DNA of 64,000 nucleotides from an uncultured Rhodospirillaceae bacterium (GTDB taxonomy: Bacteria; Pseudomonadota; Alphaproteobacteria; UBA8366). The position numbers were made by a program, and so were the translations under genes. Positions 55,846 to 64,000 of the stretch are shown in pieces. The notes under the pieces were generated by a model. The model was not told the DNA's origin. It saw only the letters and a program-made list of their open reading frames with translations, and made no database searches. The stretch lies in the NCBI GenBank assembly GCA_913043025.1, contig CAJWLM010000008.1, positions 39,306 through 103,305 of the forward strand, given 5' to 3'. Numbering within the stretch: the stretch's first letter is position 1; every line of letters starts with the position of its first letter.

Positions 55846-57327
55846 TCACATGCCGGCAATCGGAGAGAGAAACCCCGCAAGATCATCAGCTATAAAGAAA
55901 GCTCCGATCGTCAAAACGCTTGCCGTACAAATACCTATTAAACACAATGCTGGCGCCTCCTGTATACCCGTGCCCCCACCCTTACTTTGTACCGATGCTT
56001 TTGTTTTAGACCCACTATAAAAAGCCCGAAGCACTATCGGCAGAAGATACCCTGCCGAAAGAAGAGAACTGCCCATCCACACAAACATAAAAATTAAATG
56101 ATCCGACTCAGCTGTGCCCATCATTAGATACCATTTTGACAGAGCCCCACCCGCAGGTGGAATACCTATAATCCCTAGGCACCCTATCAGGAAACAGCCC
56201 ATTGTTATTGGCATTCGGCGTCCGATTCCATCCAGTTGACTAATTTCAGTCTTATGCGAAGCTACCAAAATTGCACCAGCGCAGAAAAAAAGTGTTATCT
56301 TAGCGGTGGCATGCATCACGATGTGCATACTAGCCCCAACAATGCCAGCACCAGTTGCCATCGCCGCTCCAAGTACTATGTACGAAAGTTGGCTTATAGT
56401 TGAATAAGCTAGTCTCGCCTTAAGGTTATCTTTACGAAATGCTATTACAGCCGATATTAGCAGAGTAGCACCTGCAATTATTGCCAAGTATAGAGAGCCG
56501 TCAGATCCATTTAAGGTCTCTAATCCAAACAAATATACGATCACTTTTATAACTGTGAAAACGCCCGCTTTCACAACTGCTACAGCATGCAGAAGTGCGC
56601 TTACGGGAGTTGGCGCTACCATTGCAGCTGGCAACCAACGATGAAATGGCATTAACGCTGCTTTGCCCACACCAAACATAAAAAGTAACAGCAAGATCGT
56701 GATGATAGGCCCGTCAGCCTTTCCGGCAAGGATGCCTCCCTCTGTGAAATCGAGAGTGCCAGTCAAAACATATGTCCAAACAATAGCAAATAATTGAAAT
56801 CCTATTGATGTCCCAATCAATATTCCAAGATAAATTCGACCCGCTTTTTTTGTTTCGTCAGTCCCATGATGAGTAACGAGTGGGAAAGTACACAACGTAA
56901 GAACTTCGTAAAAAATGAAGAGCGTCAACATATTTCCAGCGAATGCAACGCCGATAGCTGCCGCAATGGAGATCGCAAAAAAGAAATAAAACTTTGTTTG
57001 GTTTACCTCATGGTGGCCGCGCATGTATCCGATTGCATATATCGATGTAACTATCCAGAGAAAGCTCGCGACACACGCAAAGATCATACCCAAGGGTTCA
57101 ATTGTAAAGGCAATAGACAACCCCGGCAGCATCTCTAACAGGGTAATACTCGGACGAAACCCAGATGCAACCGTTGGCACTAAATGCGCCACACAAAGAA
57201 ACAAAAATCCCGCAGTGCATAATGTTACTGCCTCGCGTAAATTGGGATAGGACCCCGCTAGAACTATAAATGCAGCCCCGACCAAAGGTACAGAGAGGCA
57301 GGCGTAGATCAGAGTCTCGGCACTCAT
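55846..57327 (-). CDS. mrpD: Mrp-like antiporter subunit D (NuoM/N family, second copy)
   Basis: 493 aa polytopic protein of the Proton_antipo_M family. A 4-nt overlap links it to the upstream gene. Confidence 0.85.
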   Translation of the reverse strand: MSAETLIYACLSVPLVGAAFIVLAGSYPNLREAVTLCTAGFLFLCVAHLVPTVASGFRPSITLLEMLPGLSIAFTIEPLGMIFACVASFLWIVTSIYAIGYMRGHHEVNQTKFYFFFAISIAAAIGVAFAGNMLTLFIFYEVLTLCTFPLVTHHGTDETKKAGRIYLGILIGTSIGFQLFAIVWTYVLTGTLDFTEGGILAGKADGPIITILLLLFMFGVGKAALMPFHRWLPAAMVAPTPVSALLHAVAVVKAGVFTVIKVIVYLFGLETLNGSDGSLYLAIIAGATLLISAVIAFRKDNLKARLAYSTISQLSYIVLGAAMATGAGIVGASMHIVMHATAKITLFFCAGAILVASHKTEISQLDGIGRRMPITMGCFLIGCLGIIGIPPAGGALSKWYLMMGTAESDHLIFMFVWMGSSLLSAGYLLPIVLRAFYSGSKTKASVQSKGGGTGIQEAPALCLIGICTASVLTIGAFFIADDLAGFLSPIAGM

Positions 57328-58799
57328 TGCGCAACTCCAGTCATTAAAAAGTTAGCAGCAGCCATGGCAATATCTATAGTCCGGCTGGCATCGATGCCAA
57401 AATAAATACTCGCCCCTGTTAAAATAAATAATGGTATCAACATGCTTAATGGCGGTTCAGACATTACTGCGGCACGCTTTGGCGGTGCGCGGAAATACGC
57501 AACCTCAACTACCCTCCAAATGTAAATCACTGCTAGCAAGGAACTCACTAAAATCAAAACAGCTATAAGCCACATATCCTTTTCAAGCGCTGCCGACACA
57601 AGATACCACTTGCTAATGAAGCCGGCCGTCAACGGCACTCCTATAAGTCCGAGCCCCGCAACCACAAAACAACCAGTTGTAATAGGTATGCGTTTACCAA
57701 TACCAGCCATATCATCAAGACGCACAGAGGCAATCCGAAAAAACATGCCTCCTACAGCCATAAATAGTGCCCCCTTTACCAATGCATGATTAAAAAGATG
57801 GATGATACCGCCAGCTAACCCAGTGGTAGTAATAAAACTTATTCCAAGGACCATATAACCTATTTGAGCTATGCTAGAGTATGCCAACATTCGTTTTATG
57901 TTGGTTTGGTATATGGCGACTAAAGAACCAACAAACATTGCTGCCACCGATAAAATCATAAGAATTTCACCAATGACAAACAGCGGATCACCGCCGAAAA
58001 CCGTAAATATCATGCGGAGAAGCGCATACACTGCTACCTTTGTCGCCGTAGCGGCTAAGAAGACCGTAACAACTGACGGGGCAAAAGTGTATGCATTTGG
58101 AAGCCACATATGTAACGGGAAAATAGCAAGCTTTAAACTAAGCCCAACAACGATAAAGGCGATGGCAACCTGGATTGTACGTGTATCCTCGACCGCTGGT
58201 ATGCGATTAGCTAGATCTGACATATTAAGGGTACCGGTCATCATATACATCATGCCAACCCCTATGATGTAGAACGTCGCACCCACTGTTCCCATAATAA
58301 GATAACGATAAGCAGCCGTGAGTGACCGGCGATATCTCCCCATACTGATTAAAACATATGAGGAAAGCGATGATATCTCTAGAAAGACAAATAAATTGAA
58401 AGCATCGCCGGTAACGGCAATGCCTAATAGACCGCAAAGGCATAGCAGATACATCGTATAGAATAAGTATATTCGTGCCTCAGGAATTTCAGAAGAGACA
58501 CTTGCATGCGCGTAAGGAAGTACCACGGCGCCAATCGAGGAGACAATCACCAATAAAAATGCACTCAAAAGATCAATCTTATATTCAATACCAATTGGAG
58601 CTGCCCAATCACCTATAGGATAAGAAATCGCCCCGGTAGAAAGCACCTTTGACAACAGACAGATAGCAATGCCGAGGCAGCACCATGTCACTATGGTCGC
58701 CCACAACCAGGCCCAATCGGAGCGTCTAAGAAGTAGGCAAATAGGAGCAGCAATAAGGGGCAGAACAACTTGCAGAGCTGGGAGATTGAGCATCAACAT
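57324..58799 (-). CDS. mrpD: Mrp-like antiporter subunit D (NuoM/N family, first copy)
   Basis: 491 aa polytopic protein of the Proton_antipo_M family. A TGATG overlap links it to mrpC. Confidence 0.85.
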   Translation of the reverse strand: MLMLNLPALQVVLPLIAAPICLLLRRSDWAWLWATIVTWCCLGIAICLLSKVLSTGAISYPIGDWAAPIGIEYKIDLLSAFLLVIVSSIGAVVLPYAHASVSSEIPEARIYLFYTMYLLCLCGLLGIAVTGDAFNLFVFLEISSLSSYVLISMGRYRRSLTAAYRYLIMGTVGATFYIIGVGMMYMMTGTLNMSDLANRIPAVEDTRTIQVAIAFIVVGLSLKLAIFPLHMWLPNAYTFAPSVVTVFLAATATKVAVYALLRMIFTVFGGDPLFVIGEILMILSVAAMFVGSLVAIYQTNIKRMLAYSSIAQIGYMVLGISFITTTGLAGGIIHLFNHALVKGALFMAVGGMFFRIASVRLDDMAGIGKRIPITTGCFVVAGLGLIGVPLTAGFISKWYLVSAALEKDMWLIAVLILVSSLLAVIYIWRVVEVAYFRAPPKRAAVMSEPPLSMLIPLFILTGASIYFGIDASRTIDIAMAAANFLMTGVAQ

Positions 58800-59170
58800 C
58801 AGAAATGTTTCTCCCGTCGCCGTTCCTCAGCTTCAATCTCATCCTCTTCAATCGACCCATACGAGTCTCGAATACGCACAACCAATGCGAGAGCAAGAGC
58901 GGTCGTTGCGACACCAACCACGATTGCTGTTAAAATTAGAACATGTGGCAGCGGGTTTGAATAAACGGTGATGCCCTCCGCAATTATCGGAGCACTACCA
59001 TCCTCTACTTTACTCATAGATATGTAGAAGATAAACACCGACACCTGAAAAATATTCAGCCCAACCACTTTTTTGATCAGGTTGTGTTGTGCCATAACGA
59101 TATAAAATCCAATCATCATCAGAACGATAAAAATCCAGTAATTATACAAACCAGCGAATTGGTCCATCAT
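58799..59170 (-). CDS. mrpC: Mrp antiporter subunit C (NuoK-like)
   Basis: 123 aa, 3 TM. Contains LIKKVVGLNIFQVSVFIFYIS and NPLPHVLILTAIVVGVATTALALAL. Confidence 0.85.
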   Translation of the reverse strand: MMDQFAGLYNYWIFIVLMMIGFYIVMAQHNLIKKVVGLNIFQVSVFIFYISMSKVEDGSAPIIAEGITVYSNPLPHVLILTAIVVGVATTALALALVVRIRDSYGSIEEDEIEAEERRREKHF

Positions 59171-59631
59171 TCGGAATCATCCTGATTGGCAAATACGTAA
59201 AATATAGTGATCATAGCAGCAGCTACAGTCACCCCTACTCCTAATTCAATCAACAAAATACCCAAATGCTGGCCAGCAATAGGGTCTTGTAATAAAACCG
59301 AATAATTAAGATATCGCCCCCCTAGAAGCATACCTACTATGCCTACTCCTGCATAAAGTAGGAGGCCCGCTGCTAAAAAAAATCTCCTTGCCCCGGGGGA
59401 CAATACTTTCATCCCAACGTCAACGCCGAAAATTAGAGCATAAAGTATAAACGCACTTGCGAATATGACACCAGCCTGGAACCCCCCTCCAGGGCCAAAA
59501 TCTCCGTGAAATTGAACGTATAAAGCAAACAGCATTATCAACGGTATCAAAAGTTTTGAACAGACGCGTAAAACTTCCTTGTGCTGCATTTCACGCCGCC
59601 TGCGTTTGCTCATAACTCTTAAACTTTTCAT
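59167..59631 (-). CDS. mrpB: Mrp antiporter subunit B (MnhB domain)
   Basis: 154 aa. The motif HGDFGPGGGFQAGVIFA is typical of the MnhB domain. Confidence 0.85.
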   Translation of the reverse strand: MKSLRVMSKRRRREMQHKEVLRVCSKLLIPLIMLFALYVQFHGDFGPGGGFQAGVIFASAFILYALIFGVDVGMKVLSPGARRFFLAAGLLLYAGVGIVGMLLGGRYLNYSVLLQDPIAGQHLGILLIELGVGVTVAAAMITIFYVFANQDDSE

Positions 59632-60251
59632 GGGCGTTCTCCAGAGCGTGTTCTCTTAATCACCCCATTTTTTTTCTTACGGCGACGCCCTATCAAAGCC
59701 AAAACCCCCGCGGCAGCCGTGAAAACAACTGTCACCTCTCCCAAGGTATCATAACCTCGGTAGCTCGCTAGTATCGAGGTTACTACGTTTGGCATTCCGG
59801 TCTGTTTTGGACCACGTTCGATATATTCTGGGGCCACATGCTGATGGATGGGGGCCATAGGGTCGCCATAACGCGGCATATCTAAAGTACCATAAATGAG
59901 CGCTGCACCCACCACTACAACTACAGCCAAATGGGGCCAAGACACCCCTGGGTCTGCTTTCTCATGCGAGGTCGTGAGAGCTAAAGTACCTAACATTAAA
60001 ACCGTTGCTATGCCGGCGCCAACTGCCGCCTCAGTAAAAGCAACGTCAACCGCATCCATTACGACATACAGTACCGCAGCATTGAGGCTAAAGCTACCTG
60101 AAAGCATAACTACTGCGAAGAGATTACGTAGCCAAAGCAAGGCCAAAGCGCTCACGACCATGAAGGTAAGGAGTGCGTAGAAGATCAAATTTTCTATGAC
60201 GATCCTCCCCTTTTTTTCCTTCGACCAGTTTTTGGGTTTATTCCACCCCAA
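59628..60251 (-). CDS. Mrp antiporter MnhB-N-terminal-type subunit (DUF4040 / MbhD-E-like)
   Basis: 207 aa. Contains DAVDVAFTEAAVGAGIATVL and NVVTSILASYRGYDTLGEVTVV. The start is either TTG 60251 (58-nt overlap with mrpG) or TTG 60188. Confidence 0.8.
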   Translation of the reverse strand: MGWNKPKNWSKEKKGRIVIENLIFYALLTFMVVSALALLWLRNLFAVVMLSGSFSLNAAVLYVVMDAVDVAFTEAAVGAGIATVLMLGTLALTTSHEKADPGVSWPHLAVVVVVGAALIYGTLDMPRYGDPMAPIHQHVAPEYIERGPKQTGMPNVVTSILASYRGYDTLGEVTVVFTAAAGVLALIGRRRKKKNGVIKRTRSGERP

Positions 60252-60550
60252 AGTGCCGCTTGTGCCAATGCATGGGTTGTTGTCGGATTTGTAATGAATA
60301 AGAATAAGGCGATCAACAGCAACTTACCACAGACTAAAAGAGCTGCTTTTGTCGATGGCAAAAGTTCGAACGCCTGAATTGCTAGTCCTGAGAATAATAA
60401 TAATATCCCGAGCGTTTCAATAATGCTTCCTGCATGCATCCGGCTGAATAAGTCTGGCAGCCGAACAAGTCCAAAAGCGCCGATTAAACAGAATATTGCA
60501 CCTGAACCTATCAGTGCCCAGCTAGTTATATCTAATGCTGACATACTCAT
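60194..60550 (-). CDS. mrpG: Mrp antiporter subunit G
   Basis: 118 aa. IGAFGLVRLPDLFSRMHAGSIIETLG matches the PhaG/MnhG signature. Confidence 0.85.
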   Translation of the reverse strand: MSMSALDITSWALIGSGAIFCLIGAFGLVRLPDLFSRMHAGSIIETLGILLLFSGLAIQAFELLPSTKAALLVCGKLLLIALFLFITNPTTTHALAQAALWGGINPKTGRRKKRGGSS

Positions 60551-60834
60551 ATATCATCAACCTCTTCAACATTTGAGGTCCTTCCCAAGCGGGCAAACTT
60601 TATAAATTTTGTTACCGCAATCGTGGCTACAAAATTGATAAGTGCATAAACCATAGCAATATCTAAAAATTCCGGCCTGCCATCAAGAAAACCAAACAAT
60701 GCTATCAAAATCACACTGAATGTTCCAAATGTGTTGACCGCAAGAATTCGGTCATAAACTGTTGGCCCTTTAACCGCTCTAAAAAGTACTAATGCCATAG
60801 ATACTAAGGTAAGTGCAGCAGCAAATTCAAACAT
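60547..60834 (-). CDS. mrpF: Mrp antiporter subunit F
   Basis: 95 aa. FRAVKGPTVYDRILAVNTFGT matches the MrpF/PhaF signature. Confidence 0.85.
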   Translation of the reverse strand: MFEFAAALTLVSMALVLFRAVKGPTVYDRILAVNTFGTFSVILIALFGFLDGRPEFLDIAMVYALINFVATIAVTKFIKFARLGRTSNVEEVDDI

Positions 60835-61324
60835 TCCCTGCTCCTTTTCCGCTAGTCTCGAGTTTTGTGACTTTACTGTCCATTTCTCCAGTCTTTACGC
60901 CCGCAGCAGCCGCATTTGTTAATGCGTGAACACTCATTTCTCCGTCCTCAACATCAACTGTAACTGTTCCGGGGGTCAGCGTTATTGAATGCGAATAAAC
61001 AACATTTCCCACCTCACTTTGCTGTGAGGCCTGGATCGTAAATATATGGGGCTGAATCTCCATGCGCGGTGAAATTATAATCTTAGCAACGACCAAGTTT
61101 GCCTTCACAATTTCCCAAAGGAGCCACGGAAAATAAAGAATCATTCCAAAACCGAGGTGACTTGGATGCCCTTCGTGATCGATTACATCCATTCTGTGCG
61201 CAACAAAGAGCACTGCCCCGATTGATATTACACCCAGTAAAAGGATCAACGTGTTATCGTATATACCCGAAAGCATAAGCCACAACACCGCAAGCGTAAT
61301 ACCAGAACCAATTTTATGAGGCAA
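60827..61324 (-). CDS. mrpE: Mrp antiporter subunit E
   Basis: 165 aa. It shows the MnhE layout: two N-terminal TM helices, then ANLVVAKIIISP and SITLTPGTVTVDV. Confidence 0.8.
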   Translation of the reverse strand: MPHKIGSGITLAVLWLMLSGIYDNTLILLLGVISIGAVLFVAHRMDVIDHEGHPSHLGFGMILYFPWLLWEIVKANLVVAKIIISPRMEIQPHIFTIQASQQSEVGNVVYSHSITLTPGTVTVDVEDGEMSVHALTNAAAAGVKTGEMDSKVTKLETSGKGAGNV

Positions 61325-61516
61325 AATACTCCTCCCGAATAATTACTACCAACCTATTATACATTCGCTTTATCTCTAAGCAAATTTCCAAGTTCAATTT
61401 CGCATTTCTACAAAAATTAGACCTCATGGCAGGCTTGCGACCTTCATTCAAAAGAACTACTTTTGTAAATATAAATTCACTTTCAAAATCCTGCTTCATT
61501 ACATGAAAGATAGCTT

Positions 61517-61978
61517 ATGGATATGACCGGAGAATATCGCATTCCAGCCAGCCGCGAAGAGGTATGGAAAGCATTAAATGATATAGAAATATTAAAGCAA
61601 TGTATTCCCGGATGCGAGGAAATTGAAAAGCACTCCGAAACTGAGTTAAGTGCAAAGGTAACAGCTAAAGTGGGACCGGTAAAAGCCAAATTTAATGGAA
61701 AAGTAACATTATCTGACATGGATCCTCCCAATGGCTATACAATTACAGGTGAAGGCACAGGAGGAGCGGCAGGATTTGCAAAGGGTGGCGCTTCAGTAAT
61801 TCTGAAAGCGGAAGGACCCGAAACTATTCTGTCATATGAAGCAAAGGCTGCAGTAGGGGGAAAACTAGCACAGATTGGCAGTCGATTAATTGACTCAACG
61901 TCTAAAAAACTTGCCAATCAGTTTTTTAGTAATTTTGCAAAAGTGCTAGGTGCCGATGAAGAAAAAGACGAGGATTGA
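61517..61978 (+). CDS. coxG: CoxG-type SRPBCC protein (carbon monoxide dehydrogenase subunit G family)
   Basis: 153 aa. Contains GEYRIPASREEVWKALNDIEILKQCIPGCEE and GPVKAKFNGKVTLSD..GGAAGFAKGGA, the CoxG family pattern. Confidence 0.85.
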   Translation: MDMTGEYRIPASREEVWKALNDIEILKQCIPGCEEIEKHSETELSAKVTAKVGPVKAKFNGKVTLSDMDPPNGYTITGEGTGGAAGFAKGGASVILKAEGPETILSYEAKAAVGGKLAQIGSRLIDSTSKKLANQFFSNFAKVLGADEEKDED

Positions 61979-61980
61979 AT

Positions 61981-62103
61981 ATGGGGTCTAAAAATATTCA
62001 ACATGTAAATGACAGCGCTGAGGGTCTGAGACCTGCAGCGTGGATTCCAATACTCATATGTGTAGCCCTATTGATGCCGCTCTGCTTCGTGTTATTTGGT
62101 TAA
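61981..62103 (+). CDS. 40-aa single-TM small ORF between coxG and coxS (below the ORF-track cutoff)
   Basis: My translation is MGSKNIQHVNDSAEGLRPAAWIPILICVALLMPLCFVLFG. The ATG begins 2 nt after the coxG stop codon. The hydrophobic C-terminal half is long enough for one TM helix. Confidence 0.4.
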   Translation: MGSKNIQHVNDSAEGLRPAAWIPILICVALLMPLCFVLFG

Positions 62104-62170
62104 GTGTACTTAACACTGTTAATTGATAAGAAAACCAGCATTTCGAGATAACAAGGAGGGAGAACAAAAA

Positions 62171-62638
62171 ATGCCAAGCGTAACCATGAAGGTTAATGGC
62201 AAAAATGTAAATGCCGAGGTCGAGAATCGTACTTTGCTCGTACAATATTTGCGAGATCATCTCAACATGACAGGTACTCACGTTGGCTGTGATACGAGTC
62301 AATGTGGTTGTTGCGTCGTGCATGTAAATGGGTCGTCGGTAAAAAGTTGTACAATGCTTGCAGTCCAGGCTGAAGGTGCAGATGTGGTTACAATTGAAGG
62401 CCTTGCTGATGGAGAAGTTTTACATCCTATGCAGGCTGCGTTTCGTGAACACCATGGTCTACAGTGTGGGTTTTGTACGCCGGGCATGGTTATGAGTGCA
62501 GTGGATCTTGCAAAAGAAAACCCAGACCCCTCGGAAACAGAAATTAGAGAATGGCTTGAAGGTAACATCTGCCGCTGTACCGGTTATCATAACATTGTAA
62601 AAGCAATTGCAGCTGGTACAAAGAACATGCAGGGTTAA
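62171..62638 (+). CDS. coxS: Molybdenum hydroxylase small subunit, [2Fe-2S]-binding (CoxS type)
   Basis: Contains [21 protein letters not shown] and [15 protein letters not shown]. The ATG at 62171 is preceded by AAGGAGGG. Confidence 0.9.
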   Translation: MPSVTMKVNGKNVNAEVENRTLLVQYLRDHLNMTGTHVGCDTSQCGCCVVHVNGSSVKSCTMLAVQAEGADVVTIEGLADGEVLHPMQAAFREHHGLQCGFCTPGMVMSAVDLAKENPDPSETEIREWLEGNICRCTGYHNIVKAIAAGTKNMQG

Positions 62639-62813
62639 AAAACCATAAACAAGATTTGTAGAGGATATTAAGTGTCCCTTTCATGCTGATCAACCTGATA
62701 CTGTCGGTCCTTTTTAGGAAGAAAAGGCAAGGCGTTTCATTTATCAGAGTGGAATAAACAATACCTAGTATTTTGGATTAACGGCCAGCGGGTGCCGAAC
62801 GGGAAAGTCTATT

Positions 62814-63611
62814 ATGTATAATTTTCAATATCATCGCCCTAAAAATCTTGAGGAAGCATCTCAGATTTTAGATGTGGGGGACGACCCAAAATTAGTTGCT
62901 GGCGGCATGACAATTATACCGACGCTTAAACAGAGGTTGGCCCAACCGTCTGATCTGATTGATCTGGCAGATATAAATAATTTGGTGGGTATTAATCTGC
63001 AATATCAATCTTTAGAGATAGGCTCAATGACGAGACACTGCGATGTTGCAAAATCTGAAATTGTTAGGGAAATCATACCCGCACTGTCCAGCCTGGCAAG
63101 CCACATAGGGGACTCCCAAGTAAGACACCGTGGCACAATAGGCGGTTCGTTAGCTAATAATGATCCAGCTGCCGATTATCCGGCCGGTGCACTTGGGCTT
63201 GGCGCAACAATAATTACTGATAAACGAGAAATACTCGCCGACGATTTTTTTGTGGGTTTATTTGAAACGGCGCTCGAAGACAATGAAATCATTACAGCAG
63301 TTAGATTTCCAAAACCTAAACGTGCGGCCTACACAAAATTTCCCAATCCCGCTTCACGTTATGCTATTATCGGGGTTATGGTTGCCGAGACAAACAACCA
63401 AGTTCGCGTTGCGGTAACCGGAGCGGGTGACGATGGCGTCTTCAGAGAAGAAAAAATGGAGGCTGCTCTGTCAACAAACTTCACATCTGATGCAATTGCA
63501 GATATTAGCATCGACGATGAGACTCTTTTGTCAGATATTCACGCAAGCTCAGAGTATCGTGCGCACTTGATCAACGTAATGGCACAGCGCGCGGTAGATA
63601 AAGCTACTTAG
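62814..63611 (+). CDS. coxM: Molybdenum hydroxylase medium subunit, FAD-binding (CoxM type)
   Basis: 265 aa. Contains LVAGGMTIIPTLKQRL, RGTIGGSLANNDPAADYP and SSEYRAHLINV. Confidence 0.88.
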   Translation: MYNFQYHRPKNLEEASQILDVGDDPKLVAGGMTIIPTLKQRLAQPSDLIDLADINNLVGINLQYQSLEIGSMTRHCDVAKSEIVREIIPALSSLASHIGDSQVRHRGTIGGSLANNDPAADYPAGALGLGATIITDKREILADDFFVGLFETALEDNEIITAVRFPKPKRAAYTKFPNPASRYAIIGVMVAETNNQVRVAVTGAGDDGVFREEKMEAALSTNFTSDAIADISIDDETLLSDIHASSEYRAHLINVMAQRAVDKAT

Positions 63612-63718
63612 TACTTCTTTGAATAGCGTGGGTCAGGGCTCTCCTGGTTTTATCAGGAAGGAATATGTAAGAATTTTCCGACTCTCCGAACATAGTGCCG
63701 AAATGAAATGGATTTAAT

Positions 63719-64000
63719 ATGGCAAAGCTTCCGACTTGTGTTGACGCAACTCTAGATTTGCTGAAAACAGGCAATTACATTGCCGACAGGAGCCTTGCCA
63801 CAGCGCTTTATTTGTCGCTATCGCTAAATAAACCACTTTTCCTTGAAGGTGAGGCCGGTGTAGGTAAAACAGAAATTGCTAAAGTTTTGTCGAAGTGCCT
63901 CAATCGGCAGTTGATCCGATTACAATGTTACGAGGGTTTGGACGTCGCCTCTGCGGTTTATGAATGGAATTATGCCCGCCAAATGCTCGAAATACGCTTG
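63719..64000 (+). CDS. MoxR-family AAA+ ATPase (CoxD-like), N-terminal 94 codons, runs off the window
   Basis: My translation is MAKLPTCVDATLDLLKTGNYIADRSLATALYLSLSLNKPLFLEGEAGVGKTEIAKVL..RLQCYEGLD. It shows a Walker A motif in MoxR context. Confidence 0.8.
   Translation, partial: MAKLPTCVDATLDLLKTGNYIADRSLATALYLSLSLNKPLFLEGEAGVGKTEIAKVLSKCLNRQLIRLQCYEGLDVASAVYEWNYARQMLEIRL

Noticed and set aside
1-64000. Scan for CRISPR arrays, rRNA genes, IS elements or transposases, and toxin-antitoxin or classic defence genes
   Set aside because: I noticed no regularly spaced direct repeats, rRNA-like sequence, DDE/tyrosine-recombinase motifs, or restriction, abortive-infection or nuclease-helicase type ORFs. 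Absence is judged by eye only.

Overview
This 64 kb window looks like a marine alphaproteobacterial chromosome segment. Support for that: valS-popZ-tolC-pcm synteny, a proteorhodopsin plus crtEIBY-blh retinal operon, cox genes and four tRNAs. About 65 protein genes are supportable. Left third (1-18 kb): partial valS, a PopZ-like protein, TolC, Pcm, tRNA-Cys and tRNA-Asn, a fasciclin protein, an MFS transporter, SthA, SelU, a sulfotransferase, a CapA-like protein, and an aminotransferase/CoA-transferase/OYE operon. Centre: a blue-tuned (Q105) DTE proteorhodopsin with a complete retinal pathway (18.8-24.7 kb), then rhodanese, GNAT, FAD-oxidoreductase and MetC genes. The most unusual part follows: a ~20 kb strand-switching glycosylation island (28.9-48.7 kb). 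It combines a domain-swapped HldE-like enzyme plus GmhA, four radical-SAM proteins, an RmlD-like reductase, a sugar C-methyltransferase and an O/N-type methyltransferase. It also carries five glycosyltransferase modules, all fused to TPR arrays: one GT9, one GT41/SPY, and three copies of a divergent GT9-like module, two of them fused in a single 1043-aa protein. Right third: an Fpg/Nei glycosylase, tRNA-Arg and tRNA-Pro, and small redox genes. Next comes a 10-gene translationally coupled Mrp-like antiporter locus (order E-F-G-B-B-C-D-D-X-D, no long MrpA) that contains an odd lysine-rich membrane protein. The window ends with coxG-(40-aa ORF)-coxS-coxM-moxR, with no coxL between S and M. I saw no CRISPR array, rRNA, transposase or integrase. 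All family assignments come from by-eye motif recognition on the ORF track plus my own translations. No database search or computation was possible, so functional calls for the divergent island proteins are hypotheses.
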